DNA of 37,513 bases from Oscillospiraceae bacterium (GTDB lineage Bacteria; Bacillota; Clostridia; UMGS1810): the NCBI GenBank assembly GCA_022769845.1, contig JALEIO010000132.1, positions 1 through 37,513 on the forward strand, read 5' to 3'. This document shows, in pieces, positions 18,769 through 28,190 of this stretch. A program made the position numbers and the translations under genes. The first letter of the stretch is position 1, and each line of letters begins with the position of its first letter. The notes beneath the pieces were generated by a model. The model was given only the letters and a program-made list of their open reading frames with translations. It made no database searches and was not told where the DNA came from.

Positions 18769-19474
18769 ATTCGTCCTTTTCGGGCATTTTATACAATCCG
18801 AATATATCGCGGCAAATTATTTTGAAAATATCGAAAATCATAAAGAAGGGTTCTTTGAAAATTCTCACTGTGCTTTTGCCGTTTTTTTGCATAGCAACAG
18901 GAAAGGCTTTGGTTTTTTCGCCTAATTTTTTTGCAAGATACAAAACTTCAAAATCAAATGCAAAGCCGTTTGTTTTGACAAGCGGAAAAATATTTTTTGC
19001 CGCAGTGCTTGAAAATCCTTTTATACCGCATTGAGCATCAATTTTTTTGCCGAGAAACAGGGTGGATATGTCATCAAAAACGTGCGAATAAACACGCCGC
19101 AGAAAGGTGTAGCCGTTGCGGCTTTTGCCGCGGCTGCCTATTGCAATATCGCTTGTTTTCAATATTTCGGCAATGGTTTTTATGTGCTCTGTTCCGTAGC
19201 AAAGGTCTGCATCGGTGAAAATTACAATATCCCCGTCCGATATTTCAACGCCTTTTTTGACGGCGCAGCCTTTGCCGCGATTTTTAATAAAATCAACAAA
19301 AGTAACGTAAGGAATGTTCTTTAAGATTTCGCCGCTTTTGTCGGTACTGCCGTCATTTACGACAATAATTTCGTAAAAATCAAAATTTTCGTCAAGATAG
19401 TTTTTAAGCGTTTCGACAGTGTGCTTTATTACGGTTTCTTCGTTATAAACCGGTATGATAATCGAAATTTTCAT
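18743..19474 (-). CDS. GT2 glycosyltransferase, polyprenyl-phosphate glycosyltransferase (DPG/DPM synthase-like)
   Basis: SIIIPVYNE, VNDGSTD, NRGKG, FTDAD, DAQCGIKGF, FAFDFE; ATG 19474 follows RBS gaagg. Confidence 0.88.
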   Translation of the reverse strand: MKISIIIPVYNEETVIKHTVETLKNYLDENFDFYEIIVVNDGSTDKSGEILKNIPYVTFVDFIKNRGKGCAVKKGVEISDGDIVIFTDADLCYGTEHIKTIAEILKTSDIAIGSRGKSRNGYTFLRRVYSHVFDDISTLFLGKKIDAQCGIKGFSSTAAKNIFPLVKTNGFAFDFEVLYLAKKLGEKTKAFPVAMQKNGKSTVRIFKEPFFMIFDIFKIICRDIFGLYKMPEKDEFANEKTNL

Positions 19475-19523
19475 ATAAATACCTTCTTTATTAAAAGTAT
19501 TTACATAAAATTTTTGATTATAC

Positions 19524-19557
19524 AAAAAGGCATAAAAGCCTTTAACTTTTATGCCTT
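19524..19557 (-). terminator. Intrinsic terminator after glnA
   Basis: aaggcataaaag / cttttatgcctt stem with a T-run on the minus strand. Confidence 0.75.
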
Positions 19558-19571
19558 AAAATTTTAACTTA

Positions 19572-21662
19572 TCAAACGCCGAAAAGCAGTTTTACATATG
19601 TAGGAAACGGCCAGTATTTTTCGGCTGTAAGCGTTTCCGCTTGGTCAGCGGCGGCGCGCAGTTTTTGCATATTATCAAAAACAACTTCAAGATAAAATCT
19701 TGCGTTTTCGTTTATATCGGTAATGCTTTTTGCCTTTTCAAGCGCTTTTTCTATTTTTTCGGTATATTTTAAACATTCGTCGTTAAGGACGGAAAGCTGT
19801 GTTATAAGCGCTTCTTCGGTTTTGAACGTCGCATTTTTCACGGCGTTTTTCTTTGCAATAAGCGCATTTGACAGTGCAAGTGTGTATTCCGAAACGGCAG
19901 GAATTATGTCTTTTCGAGCCATATCAATCATAGTAAGCGCCTCAATATTTATAACCTTTGAATAGTTTTCCATAAGAATGTCTCGGCGCGAGAAAAGCTC
20001 GGTTTCGCTGAAAATGTGGTGCTTTGTAAACAGTTCAACATTCTTTTTATCGGTAAAATGAGGAATTGCGTCCACCGAGGTTTTAAGGTTCAAAAGACCG
20101 CGTTTTTTCGCTTCTTCAACCCATTCATCCGAATAGTTGTTACCGTTGAAGATTATTCTTTTGTGTTTTTTAAAGGTTTCTTTGACGAGCTTGTCAACTG
20201 CCTTGTCAAAGTCCTTTGCTTTTTCAAGGGTGTTTGCAAACTGCTCAAGCGCATCTGCCACAATTGTGTTCAAAACTATGTTCGGGTCGGCTATTGAGAA
20301 GGAGGAGCCAAGGCTTCTGAACTCAAATTTATTGCCTGTAAACGCAAACGGACTTGTACGGTTGCGGTCGGTGGTGTCCTTTGAAAAATTAGGAAGAACG
20401 TCAACGCCGATTTCAAGCTTAACCTTGTTTTTCTGCTCATAATCTGTTCCCGATTCGATAGATTCAAGAATTTCCGTAAGCTCATCGCCGAGAAAAATTG
20501 ACATAATTGCGGGCGGTGCTTCGTTTGCGCCTAGACGGTGGTCGTTTCCTGCGCTTGCAACTGAAATGCGCAGTAAATCCTGATAATCGTCAACAGCTTT
20601 TATAACTGCCGACAAAAACAGCAGAAACCGTTTGTTTTCATATGGCCGTTTTCCGGGGTCTAAAAGGTTAGGACCGTCTTTTACCGAAAGCGACCAGTTA
20701 TTGTGCTTGCCGCTGCCGTTCACCCCGGCAAAAGGTTTTTCGTGCAGAAGGCATACAAGATTGTGACGCTCGGCAACCTTTTTCATAATTTCCATTGTAA
20801 GCTGATTGTGGTCGGTTGCAATGTTGGTTGTTGAAAACACCGGAGCAAGCTCGTGCTGCGCGGGCGCGACCTCGTTATGCTTGGTTTTTGAAAAAACGCC
20901 AAGCTTCCAAAGCTCGGTATCCAGCTCCTTCATATATTCCGAAACACGCGTTTTTATTGTGCCGAAATAGTGATCGTCCAATTCCTGACCCTTTGGCGGC
21001 ATTGCGCCGAAAAGTGTTCTTCCGGTAAGCTTTAAATCCTCTCGTGCATCAAAATATTTTTTATCAACCAAAAAATATTCCTGCTCCGCGCCGACAGTGG
21101 TTACAACCTTTTTTGACATTTCGTCGCCGAAAAGCTTTAAAATGCGGAGCGACTGCGTGTTGATAAGCTCCATTGAACGAAGAAGGGGAGTTTTTTTGTC
21201 AAGGGCTTCGCCGCTGTAAGAGCAGAACGCGGTTGGTATGCAAAGGGAACCGTCTTTTATAAAGGCGTATGATGTAGGGTCCCACGCGGTATAGCCGCGC
21301 GCTTCAAAGGTTGCCCTTATGCCGCCCGACGGAAAGGATGAAGCGTCGGGTTCGCCCTTTATGAGTTCTTTGCCGGAAAATTCCATTATAACGTGTGCGT
21401 CATCAGTAGGAGATATAAAGCTGTCGTGCTTTTCCGCCGTTATGCCCGTCATTGGCTGAAACCAGTGCGTAAAGTGCGTTGCGCCCTTTTCTATTGCCCA
21501 ATCCTTCATTGCGTTTGCAACAATATTTGCAACGTGAATATCAAGCGGTTCGCCGTCATTGATGGTCTTTTTTAGCGCCTTATACGTTTCTTTTGGTAAT
21601 TTTTCACGCATTACCGTATTGTTAAATACATAGCTGCCGAAAATGTCGGATACGCTGCTCAT
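19572..21662 (-). CDS. glnA: Glutamine synthetase type III
   Basis: 696 aa; [72 protein letters not shown]. Confidence 0.95.
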   Translation of the reverse strand: MSSVSDIFGSYVFNNTVMREKLPKETYKALKKTINDGEPLDIHVANIVANAMKDWAIEKGATHFTHWFQPMTGITAEKHDSFISPTDDAHVIMEFSGKELIKGEPDASSFPSGGIRATFEARGYTAWDPTSYAFIKDGSLCIPTAFCSYSGEALDKKTPLLRSMELINTQSLRILKLFGDEMSKKVVTTVGAEQEYFLVDKKYFDAREDLKLTGRTLFGAMPPKGQELDDHYFGTIKTRVSEYMKELDTELWKLGVFSKTKHNEVAPAQHELAPVFSTTNIATDHNQLTMEIMKKVAERHNLVCLLHEKPFAGVNGSGKHNNWSLSVKDGPNLLDPGKRPYENKRFLLFLSAVIKAVDDYQDLLRISVASAGNDHRLGANEAPPAIMSIFLGDELTEILESIESGTDYEQKNKVKLEIGVDVLPNFSKDTTDRNRTSPFAFTGNKFEFRSLGSSFSIADPNIVLNTIVADALEQFANTLEKAKDFDKAVDKLVKETFKKHKRIIFNGNNYSDEWVEEAKKRGLLNLKTSVDAIPHFTDKKNVELFTKHHIFSETELFSRRDILMENYSKVINIEALTMIDMARKDIIPAVSEYTLALSNALIAKKNAVKNATFKTEEALITQLSVLNDECLKYTEKIEKALEKAKSITDINENARFYLEVVFDNMQKLRAAADQAETLTAEKYWPFPTYVKLLFGV

Positions 21663-21680
21663 TGGATAACCTCCGTAATT

Positions 21681-22688
21681 TTATAGTAATTCAATGCCTG
21701 CATTTTTGCATAAATTTTTTGTGTTGTCGTCCCAGATAGAAACCTGCACCTCGCCGATATGCGCCTTTGACAAAAGAAGCATACACAGCCTTGACTGACC
21801 TATGCCGCCGCCCATTGTAAGCGGATATGTGCCGTTTAGCAGCATTTTGTGAAATTCTAAATTTCGTCTGTCATCACAGCCCGATTTGGTAAGCTGATAG
21901 TCAAGAGATTTTGCGTCAACACGTATTCCCATTGACGAAACCTCAAACGCACGTTCCAAAATATCGTTGTAGAACAAAATATCGCCGTTTAATTTCCAGT
22001 CGTCATAGTCGGGCGCTCTGCCGTCGTGCTTTTCACCGGATTTTAATGTGTCGCCGATTTGCATTATAAACGCTGTTCTGTGCTCTTTAAGATATGCGTC
22101 CTCACGCTGCTTCGGCGTAAGGTTAGGATACATATCTTCAAGCTCCTGCGTTGTTACAAAGCTTACCTCGCGCGAAAGATTGGTTTTTATTGCCGGATAT
22201 TTTGCCTTTACGGCGTCAAGGGTGTTGCAAATTGCTTTTACAATAGCCTTTACCGTTGTTTTAAGATATTCAATGTTTCGAGTGTCCTCGTCAATAATTT
22301 TTTCCCAATCCCACTGGTCAACGTAGATTGAATGAAGGTTTGTCATTTCTTCATCGCGTCTTATCGCATTCATATTTGTGTATAAGCCTTCGCCCACGGA
22401 AAAACCGTATTTGTAAAGCGCTGCTCTTTTCCATTTTGCGAGAGAATGTACTATTTGAGCTTCGCCGCCGGTTTCGGCAATGTCAAATGTTACGGGACGT
22501 TCAACGCCGTTTAAATCGTCATTTAACCCCGTTTTGCCGTCTACAAAAAGAGGTGCGGATACTCTTATAAGATTCAGCGATTTTGAAATTTCGTTTTCAA
22601 AGCTGCGCTTTACAAGCTCTATTGCACCCTGCGTCTGATAAGCATTTAAATTGCTTTTATATCCTTTAGGGATAATTACCTTGCTCAT
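21681..22688 (-). CDS. asnA: Aspartate-ammonia ligase (asparagine synthetase A)
   Basis: [50 protein letters not shown]. Confidence 0.95.
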   Translation of the reverse strand: MSKVIIPKGYKSNLNAYQTQGAIELVKRSFENEISKSLNLIRVSAPLFVDGKTGLNDDLNGVERPVTFDIAETGGEAQIVHSLAKWKRAALYKYGFSVGEGLYTNMNAIRRDEEMTNLHSIYVDQWDWEKIIDEDTRNIEYLKTTVKAIVKAICNTLDAVKAKYPAIKTNLSREVSFVTTQELEDMYPNLTPKQREDAYLKEHRTAFIMQIGDTLKSGEKHDGRAPDYDDWKLNGDILFYNDILERAFEVSSMGIRVDAKSLDYQLTKSGCDDRRNLEFHKMLLNGTYPLTMGGGIGQSRLCMLLLSKAHIGEVQVSIWDDNTKNLCKNAGIELL

Positions 22689-22733
22689 ATTACAACTCCA
22701 ATCATATCAAAACTTAAAAACATATCAGTTTTC

Positions 22734-22762
22734 ATTATATAATAAATTCGCTTAATTTGCAA
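22734..22762 (-). promoter_or_regulatory. SigmaA promoter for asnA-glnA
   Basis: Minus strand TTGCAA-N17-TATAAT. Confidence 0.7.
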
Positions 22763-22869
22763 CACAAATATTCTAAATTATGTTTTTTTGTGAAAATTTT
22801 GCACAGGCTGTGCGCTTAAACATTCTCAAGCAAAAAAACAACATATTTTTATGCAGCAATGTCTTAAAA

Positions 22870-22887
22870 TTTGAATAATTATACAAA
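22870..22887. promoter_or_regulatory. ARG box (ArgR/AhrC operator) candidate
   Basis: tTTGAATAATTATACAAa fits the TGNATWWWWATNCA consensus; lies upstream of carA. Confidence 0.6.
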
Positions 22888-22912
22888 AAAATGAAATTCT
22901 TAAATAAAACTA

Positions 22913-22941
22913 TTGATTATATTTAAGTTTAATGTTAAAAT
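22913..22941 (+). promoter_or_regulatory. SigmaA promoter for carA-carB/dapF
   Basis: TTGATT-N17-TAAAAT with extended -10 TG. Confidence 0.6.
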
Positions 22942-22970
22942 ATATATAATATTTGTAAGGAGGCTTTTGA

Positions 22971-24032
22971 ATGAACGATACTATGTACTTAATTCTTGAA
23001 AACGGCACTGTTTTTGAAGGCAAAAGCTTTGGAGCTGACAAAGAGGTTGTCGGCGAGGTGGTTTTCACAACGGCTATGACAGGTTACATTGAAACACTGA
23101 CCGACCCAAGCTATTTTGGGCAGATTGTTGTTCAAACGTTTCCGCTTATTGGAAATTACGGAATTATTAAAAGTGATTTTGAAAGTAAAAAGCCTTGTTT
23201 AAAGGCATATATAGTGCGTGAGTGGTGTCAGGAGCCTTCTAATTTCAGATGTGAAGGTAATCTTGACATTTTTTTGAGGGAAAATGACATTCCCGCACTT
23301 TACGGAATTGATACGCGCGCGCTTACAAAAATCGTTCGCGAGGCGGGGGTTATGAACGGTATGCTTGCAAAAAAAATCCCCGATGATTTTGAGGTTATTA
23401 AAAAATATGCAGTTACCGACGCCGTAAAAAGCGTTACGACCGATAAAACCGAGGTTTTGGAGGGAGAGGGCAAAAACGTTGTGCTTATGGATTTTGGCGC
23501 AAAAAGAAATATTGCACGCTCGTTAAACAAAAGAGGTTGCAGGGTTACGGTTGTGCCGTCCTATACATCGGCAGAAGAAATTTTGGCATTAAGGCCCGAC
23601 GGCGTTATGTTGTCGAACGGCCCGGGCGACCCGAAGGAAAATGTTGAAATTATTGAAGAAATTAAAAAACTTTGCGATAAAAAAATTCCTCTTTTCGGCA
23701 TATGCCTCGGTCATCAGCTGCTTGCGCTGTCGCAGGGGGCAGACACTGTTAAGCTGAAATACGGTCACAGAGGCGCAAATCAGCCTGTTGTTTATAAGGA
23801 CGGCAGGGTGTTTATATCAAGCCAGAATCACGGCTATGCAGTATGCGCAGACACGCTTCCGAAAGGTGCGTTTGAAAGCTTTAAAAACGCAAACGACAAC
23901 ACCAACGAGGGTGTTGAATATGATTATATGCCCGCGTTTTCGGTGCAGTTTCATCCGGAGGCGGCGGCAGGCCCTCTTGACACTTCGTTTTTATTCGACA
24001 AGTTTATTTCTATGATGGGAGGTAAAGCATAA
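22971..24032 (+). CDS. carA: Carbamoyl-phosphate synthase small subunit
   Basis: GEVVFTT.MTGY, TDPSY.GQ, SNGPGDP, GICLGHQ, QNHGY, QFHPE; TAATG coupling to carB. Confidence 0.96.
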   Translation: MNDTMYLILENGTVFEGKSFGADKEVVGEVVFTTAMTGYIETLTDPSYFGQIVVQTFPLIGNYGIIKSDFESKKPCLKAYIVREWCQEPSNFRCEGNLDIFLRENDIPALYGIDTRALTKIVREAGVMNGMLAKKIPDDFEVIKKYAVTDAVKSVTTDKTEVLEGEGKNVVLMDFGAKRNIARSLNKRGCRVTVVPSYTSAEEILALRPDGVMLSNGPGDPKENVEIIEEIKKLCDKKIPLFGICLGHQLLALSQGADTVKLKYGHRGANQPVVYKDGRVFISSQNHGYAVCADTLPKGAFESFKNANDNTNEGVEYDYMPAFSVQFHPEAAAGPLDTSFLFDKFISMMGGKA

Positions 24033-27000
24033 TGCCGCTTAATAAAGACATAAAAAAGGTTTTGGTAATAGGGTCGGGTCCTATTGTTATAGGACAGGCT
24101 GCGGAGTTTGACTATGCCGGAACGCAAGCGTGCCGCGCGCTTAAAGAAGAAGGCTTGGAGGTTGTTTTGGTAAACTCCAACCCTGCTACAATTATGACCG
24201 ACAAGGCTATGGCGGACAAAATTTACATTGAGCCGTTAACACTTACAACGCTTGAGAGAATTATCGAAAAAGAAAGGCCGGACAGCCTTTTGTCAACACT
24301 CGGCGGTCAGACGGGGCTTACGCTTTCAATGCAGCTTGCGAAATCGGGCTATCTTGCAGAAAAAGGCGTAAAGCTTCTCGGAGCAAATCCAGAAACAATA
24401 GATAAATCCGAGGATAGGCAGCTTTTTAAAGATACTATGGAAAAAATCGGTCAGCCTTGCATACCTTCTGTTGTGGCAAATGATTTGGAGGGCGCAATAG
24501 CCTTTGCTGATAAAACAGGCTATCCGCTTATTATCCGTCCTGCCTTTACGCTCGGCGGTACAGGAGGCGGAATTGTTAATAATGAGGACGAGCTTAAGGA
24601 TATTGCAACAAACGGACTTCGCTTATCTCCGATTCATCAGATTTTGGTGGAAAAGTGCATTGCAGGCTGGAAGGAAATTGAATTTGAGGTTATGCGTGAC
24701 GCAAAGGGAAACGTAATAACTGTGTGCAGTATGGAAAATCTTGACCCCGTGGGCGTGCATACGGGCGACAGCATTGTTATCGCGCCGGCGGTTACACTTT
24801 CGGATAAGGAATATCAAATGCTCCGTTCGGCGGCGCTTGATATTATTTCGGAGCTTAAGGTTGAGGGCGGCTGCAACTGCCAGTTTGCGCTTAATCCCGA
24901 CAGCTTTGAGTACGCGGTTATTGAGGTTAACCCGAGGGTTTCGCGTTCGTCTGCGCTCGCTTCAAAGGCAACGGGGTATCCTATTGCGAAGGTTGCAACA
25001 AAAATTGCAATAGGCTATAACCTTAATGAAATCAAAAACGCGGTTACCGGCACAACGTACGCATGCTTTGAACCGGCGCTTGATTATGTTGTGGTAAAAT
25101 TTCCTAAATGGCCGTTTGATAAATTTGTTTATGCAAAACGTACTCTCGGCACACAGATGAAGGCAACGGGCGAGGTTATGGCAATCGGCACAAGCTTTGA
25201 GCAGGCTATGATGAAAGCGGTCAGAGGCGCGGAAATTTCGCAGGATACGCTAAATTATAAAAAGTTTATGCAAATGAGCGACGCAGAGGTTGAAGATAAC
25301 TTAAAAAACATCACCGACGAGAGAATTTTCTGCGTATACGAGGCTTTAAAACGCGGAATTGAACCCGAGAAAATTCACAGCATTACGAAAATTGACAACT
25401 GGTTTTTATACAAGCTTTTAAATCTTGTTAAAATGGATAATCGTCTTAAAGAAGGCGGTATTTCGGATTCTCTTTATCTTGAAGCTAAAAAAATGGGATA
25501 TCTTGACCGCACAATCGAAAGCTTTTCGGGCGAAAAAATTAAAAATCCGATTTATGCTTCATATAAAATGGTTGATACCTGCGCAGCGGAATTTAAAGCC
25601 GCAACGCCGTATTTTTACTCTACTTATGATAATGAAAACGAAGCGGCGGAGTTTATTGAGCAAAAGCACAGCAACAAGAAAAAAATTATCGTTTTCGGGT
25701 CGGGTCCCATAAGAATAGGACAGGGTATCGAGTTTGACTATGCGTCCGTTCACTGCGTTTGGGCGCTTAAAGAAAAGGGATATGAGGTTATAATTGTAAA
25801 CAACAATCCCGAAACGGTGTCAACCGACTTTGATACGGCGGACAGGCTGTATTTTGAGCCGCTTTCCACCGAGGACGTTATGAGCATCATAAACACTGAA
25901 AAGCCGTTCGGCGTAGTGGTTGCGTTTGGCGGTCAGACGGCGATTAAGCTTACGAATTATTTGAGCGATAACAAAATAAATATCATTGGCACGAGTGCCG
26001 ACAGCATTGATATGGCAGAGGACAGAGAGCGTTTTGATGAGCTTTTGGAAAGCCTTCACATAAAACGTCCGTCCGGTTATACGGTTATGACAAAAGAAGA
26101 GGCTTTAAAATCTGCCGAACAAATAGGCTATCCTGTGCTTCTTCGCCCCTCTTATGTGCTTGGCGGTCAGAATATGATTATTGCACACAATGATGAGGAC
26201 GTAAATGAATATATGGATATAATACTGCGTCAGAATATTGAAAACCCTGTGCTTATTGACAAGTATCTTATGGGTACGGAGGTTGAAATTGACGCTATAT
26301 GCGACGGAGAGGATATTTTAATTCCGGGTATTATGGAGCATATTGAAAGAGCGGGCATCCATTCGGGCGACTCCATTGCGGTTTATCCTGCCTGGAGCCT
26401 CAGCGACAAAATAACACAGAAAATTGTGGATTGTTCGCGCGCTTTGGCAGTAGGACTTAAAACAAAAGGTCTTGTAAACATTCAGTATCTTGTTTATGAC
26501 GAGGAGCTTTATGTTATTGAGGTTAATCCGCGTTCGTCAAGGACAATTCCGTATATCACAAAGGTTACCGGCGTGCCTATGGTTGATTTGGCGGTAAGGA
26601 CAATGCTTGGCGAAAAGCTTGCCGATTTGGGATACGGCACAGGTCTTTACAAAGAGTCGGCTTATTTTGCCGTTAAAGTGCCGGTGTTCTCGTTTGAAAA
26701 GCTAATTGACGTTGACACGCACCTCGGACCTGAAATGAAATCCACCGGCGAGGTTCTCGGCATTGCAAGCACGCTTGAAGAAGCCCTTTACAAAGGTCTT
26801 GTGGCGGCAGGCTATAACCTTAACAAAAAAGGCGGTGTGTTTATTACGGTGCGCGATTCCGATAAGGGAGAGCTTATAGACATTTCAAAAGGCTTTAATG
26901 ATTTGGGGTACGAAATTTACGCTACAAAGGGTACTGCTAAAATTATTGAAAATATTGGCATAGACGTTAAGGTTGTAGACAAAATCCACGAGTCGGAAAA

Positions 27001-28072
27001 CAACGCGATAAGCCTTATTGAAAGCGGAAAAGCGGCTTATGTAATATCCACCTCGTCTAAAGGCAGAATACCATCGCGTGACAGTGTTAAAATACGAAGG
27101 AAAGCGGTTGAAAGAAGCGTTCCGTGCCTTACGTCAATCGACACGGCAACCGCATTTTTAAACAGCATAAAAAGCAAGTTTTCTCAAGGCTCGACCGAGC
27201 TTGTGGATATAAACAATATGAGGAGTGAGAGAATGAAATTGAAATTTACAAAAATGCACGGCTGCGGAAATGATTATATTTATTTTAACTGCTTTAATCA
27301 GACAATTACAAATCCCGAGGGATTGAGCGTCAGCCTTTCCGACAGGCATTTCGGAATAGGCGGCGACGGCGTTGTGCTTATTTGCCCGTCTGATGTTGCG
27401 GACGCGAAGATGCGAATGTTTAACCTTGACGGCAGTGAGGGAAAAATGTGCGGCAATGCAATAAGATGTGTGGGCAAGTATTTATACGACAACAAAATTG
27501 TTGAAAAAAGCAAAATGACCATTGAAACACTTAGCGGAATTAAAGTTCTGGAGCTGAAAAAACAAAACGGCGAGGTTAAGTTTGTTACTGTTGATATGGG
27601 AAAAGCCGAGCTTAATCCAAAGAAAATTCCCGTAGATCTTGAAGGCGACAAAATTGTGGACTTTAAGGTGGAAATAAGCGGCAGAAAAGAAAACATTACT
27701 TGTGTTTCTATGGGAAATCCGCACTGTGTGGTATTTTATGAAAACATTGATACGTTAAACCTTGAAGAAATCGGTCCGAAATTTGAAAACAACAAGATTT
27801 TCCCTGACAGAGTTAATACTGAATTTATTAAGGTTATAGACGACCACACGCTTAAAATGCGCGTATGGGAGCGCGGAAGCGGCGAAACCTGGGCGTGCGG
27901 AACGGGCGCGTGTGCTGCCGCGGTTGCTGCGGTTGAAAACGGATACTGCAAAAAGGGCGACGATATAACAGTTAAGCTTATCGGCGGCGATCTTGTGATA
28001 AAATATACCGACGACGCGGTTTATCTTACCGGCAACGCAAACAAGGTATTTGACGGCGAAATTGAGGTATAA
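24032..28072 (+). CDS. carB: Carbamoyl-phosphate synthase large subunit fused in frame to diaminopimelate epimerase (CarB-DapF)
   Basis: Residues 1 to about 1067 carry both ATP-grasp halves (GSGPIVIGQAAEFDY; GSGPIRIGQGIEFDY) and the MGS domain; there is no stop before the C-terminal 279-aa DapF. Confidence 0.93.
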   Translation: MPLNKDIKKVLVIGSGPIVIGQAAEFDYAGTQACRALKEEGLEVVLVNSNPATIMTDKAMADKIYIEPLTLTTLERIIEKERPDSLLSTLGGQTGLTLSMQLAKSGYLAEKGVKLLGANPETIDKSEDRQLFKDTMEKIGQPCIPSVVANDLEGAIAFADKTGYPLIIRPAFTLGGTGGGIVNNEDELKDIATNGLRLSPIHQILVEKCIAGWKEIEFEVMRDAKGNVITVCSMENLDPVGVHTGDSIVIAPAVTLSDKEYQMLRSAALDIISELKVEGGCNCQFALNPDSFEYAVIEVNPRVSRSSALASKATGYPIAKVATKIAIGYNLNEIKNAVTGTTYACFEPALDYVVVKFPKWPFDKFVYAKRTLGTQMKATGEVMAIGTSFEQAMMKAVRGAEISQDTLNYKKFMQMSDAEVEDNLKNITDERIFCVYEALKRGIEPEKIHSITKIDNWFLYKLLNLVKMDNRLKEGGISDSLYLEAKKMGYLDRTIESFSGEKIKNPIYASYKMVDTCAAEFKAATPYFYSTYDNENEAAEFIEQKHSNKKKIIVFGSGPIRIGQGIEFDYASVHCVWALKEKGYEVIIVNNNPETVSTDFDTADRLYFEPLSTEDVMSIINTEKPFGVVVAFGGQTAIKLTNYLSDNKINIIGTSADSIDMAEDRERFDELLESLHIKRPSGYTVMTKEEALKSAEQIGYPVLLRPSYVLGGQNMIIAHNDEDVNEYMDIILRQNIENPVLIDKYLMGTEVEIDAICDGEDILIPGIMEHIERAGIHSGDSIAVYPAWSLSDKITQKIVDCSRALAVGLKTKGLVNIQYLVYDEELYVIEVNPRSSRTIPYITKVTGVPMVDLAVRTMLGEKLADLGYGTGLYKESAYFAVKVPVFSFEKLIDVDTHLGPEMKSTGEVLGIASTLEEALYKGLVAAGYNLNKKGGVFITVRDSDKGELIDISKGFNDLGYEIYATKGTAKIIENIGIDVKVVDKIHESENNAISLIESGKAAYVISTSSKGRIPSRDSVKIRRKAVERSVPCLTSIDTATAFLNSIKSKFSQGSTELVDINNMRSERMKLKFTKMHGCGNDYIYFNCFNQTITNPEGLSVSLSDRHFGIGGDGVVLICPSDVADAKMRMFNLDGSEGKMCGNAIRCVGKYLYDNKIVEKSKMTIETLSGIKVLELKKQNGEVKFVTVDMGKAELNPKKIPVDLEGDKIVDFKVEISGRKENITCVSMGNPHCVVFYENIDTLNLEEIGPKFENNKIFPDRVNTEFIKVIDDHTLKMRVWERGSGETWACGTGACAAAVAAVENGYCKKGDDITVKLIGGDLVIKYTDDAVYLTGNANKVFDGEIEV
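27233..28072 (+). CDS. dapF: Diaminopimelate epimerase domain (C-terminus of the fusion; possible independent internal start)
   Basis: KMHGCGND, MCGNAIRC, SMGNPH, NTEF, ERGSGETWACGTGA with both catalytic Cys; AGGAG at 27221-27225 lies 7 nt before in-frame ATG 27233. Confidence 0.85.
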   Translation: MKLKFTKMHGCGNDYIYFNCFNQTITNPEGLSVSLSDRHFGIGGDGVVLICPSDVADAKMRMFNLDGSEGKMCGNAIRCVGKYLYDNKIVEKSKMTIETLSGIKVLELKKQNGEVKFVTVDMGKAELNPKKIPVDLEGDKIVDFKVEISGRKENITCVSMGNPHCVVFYENIDTLNLEEIGPKFENNKIFPDRVNTEFIKVIDDHTLKMRVWERGSGETWACGTGACAAAVAAVENGYCKKGDDITVKLIGGDLVIKYTDDAVYLTGNANKVFDGEIEV

Positions 28073-28190
28073 CTGTTTTGAGATAACAGGTGCGTAACTT
28101 ACACTTGATTTTTTCAGTGGCGGTGCAATCCACTGCTGAAACGCCAAAATGACGGGGCTTAAGTCCCTTATTGAATAGAAGGAGTTTACG

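Noticed and set aside
28073-28190. Lysine or cobalamin riboswitch or tRNA fragment (AGGTGCG and GGTGCAATCC motifs)
   Set aside because: Too short; lacks the other conserved elements (no GGGAA or B12 box, no cloverleaf). Kept only as an unassigned structure.
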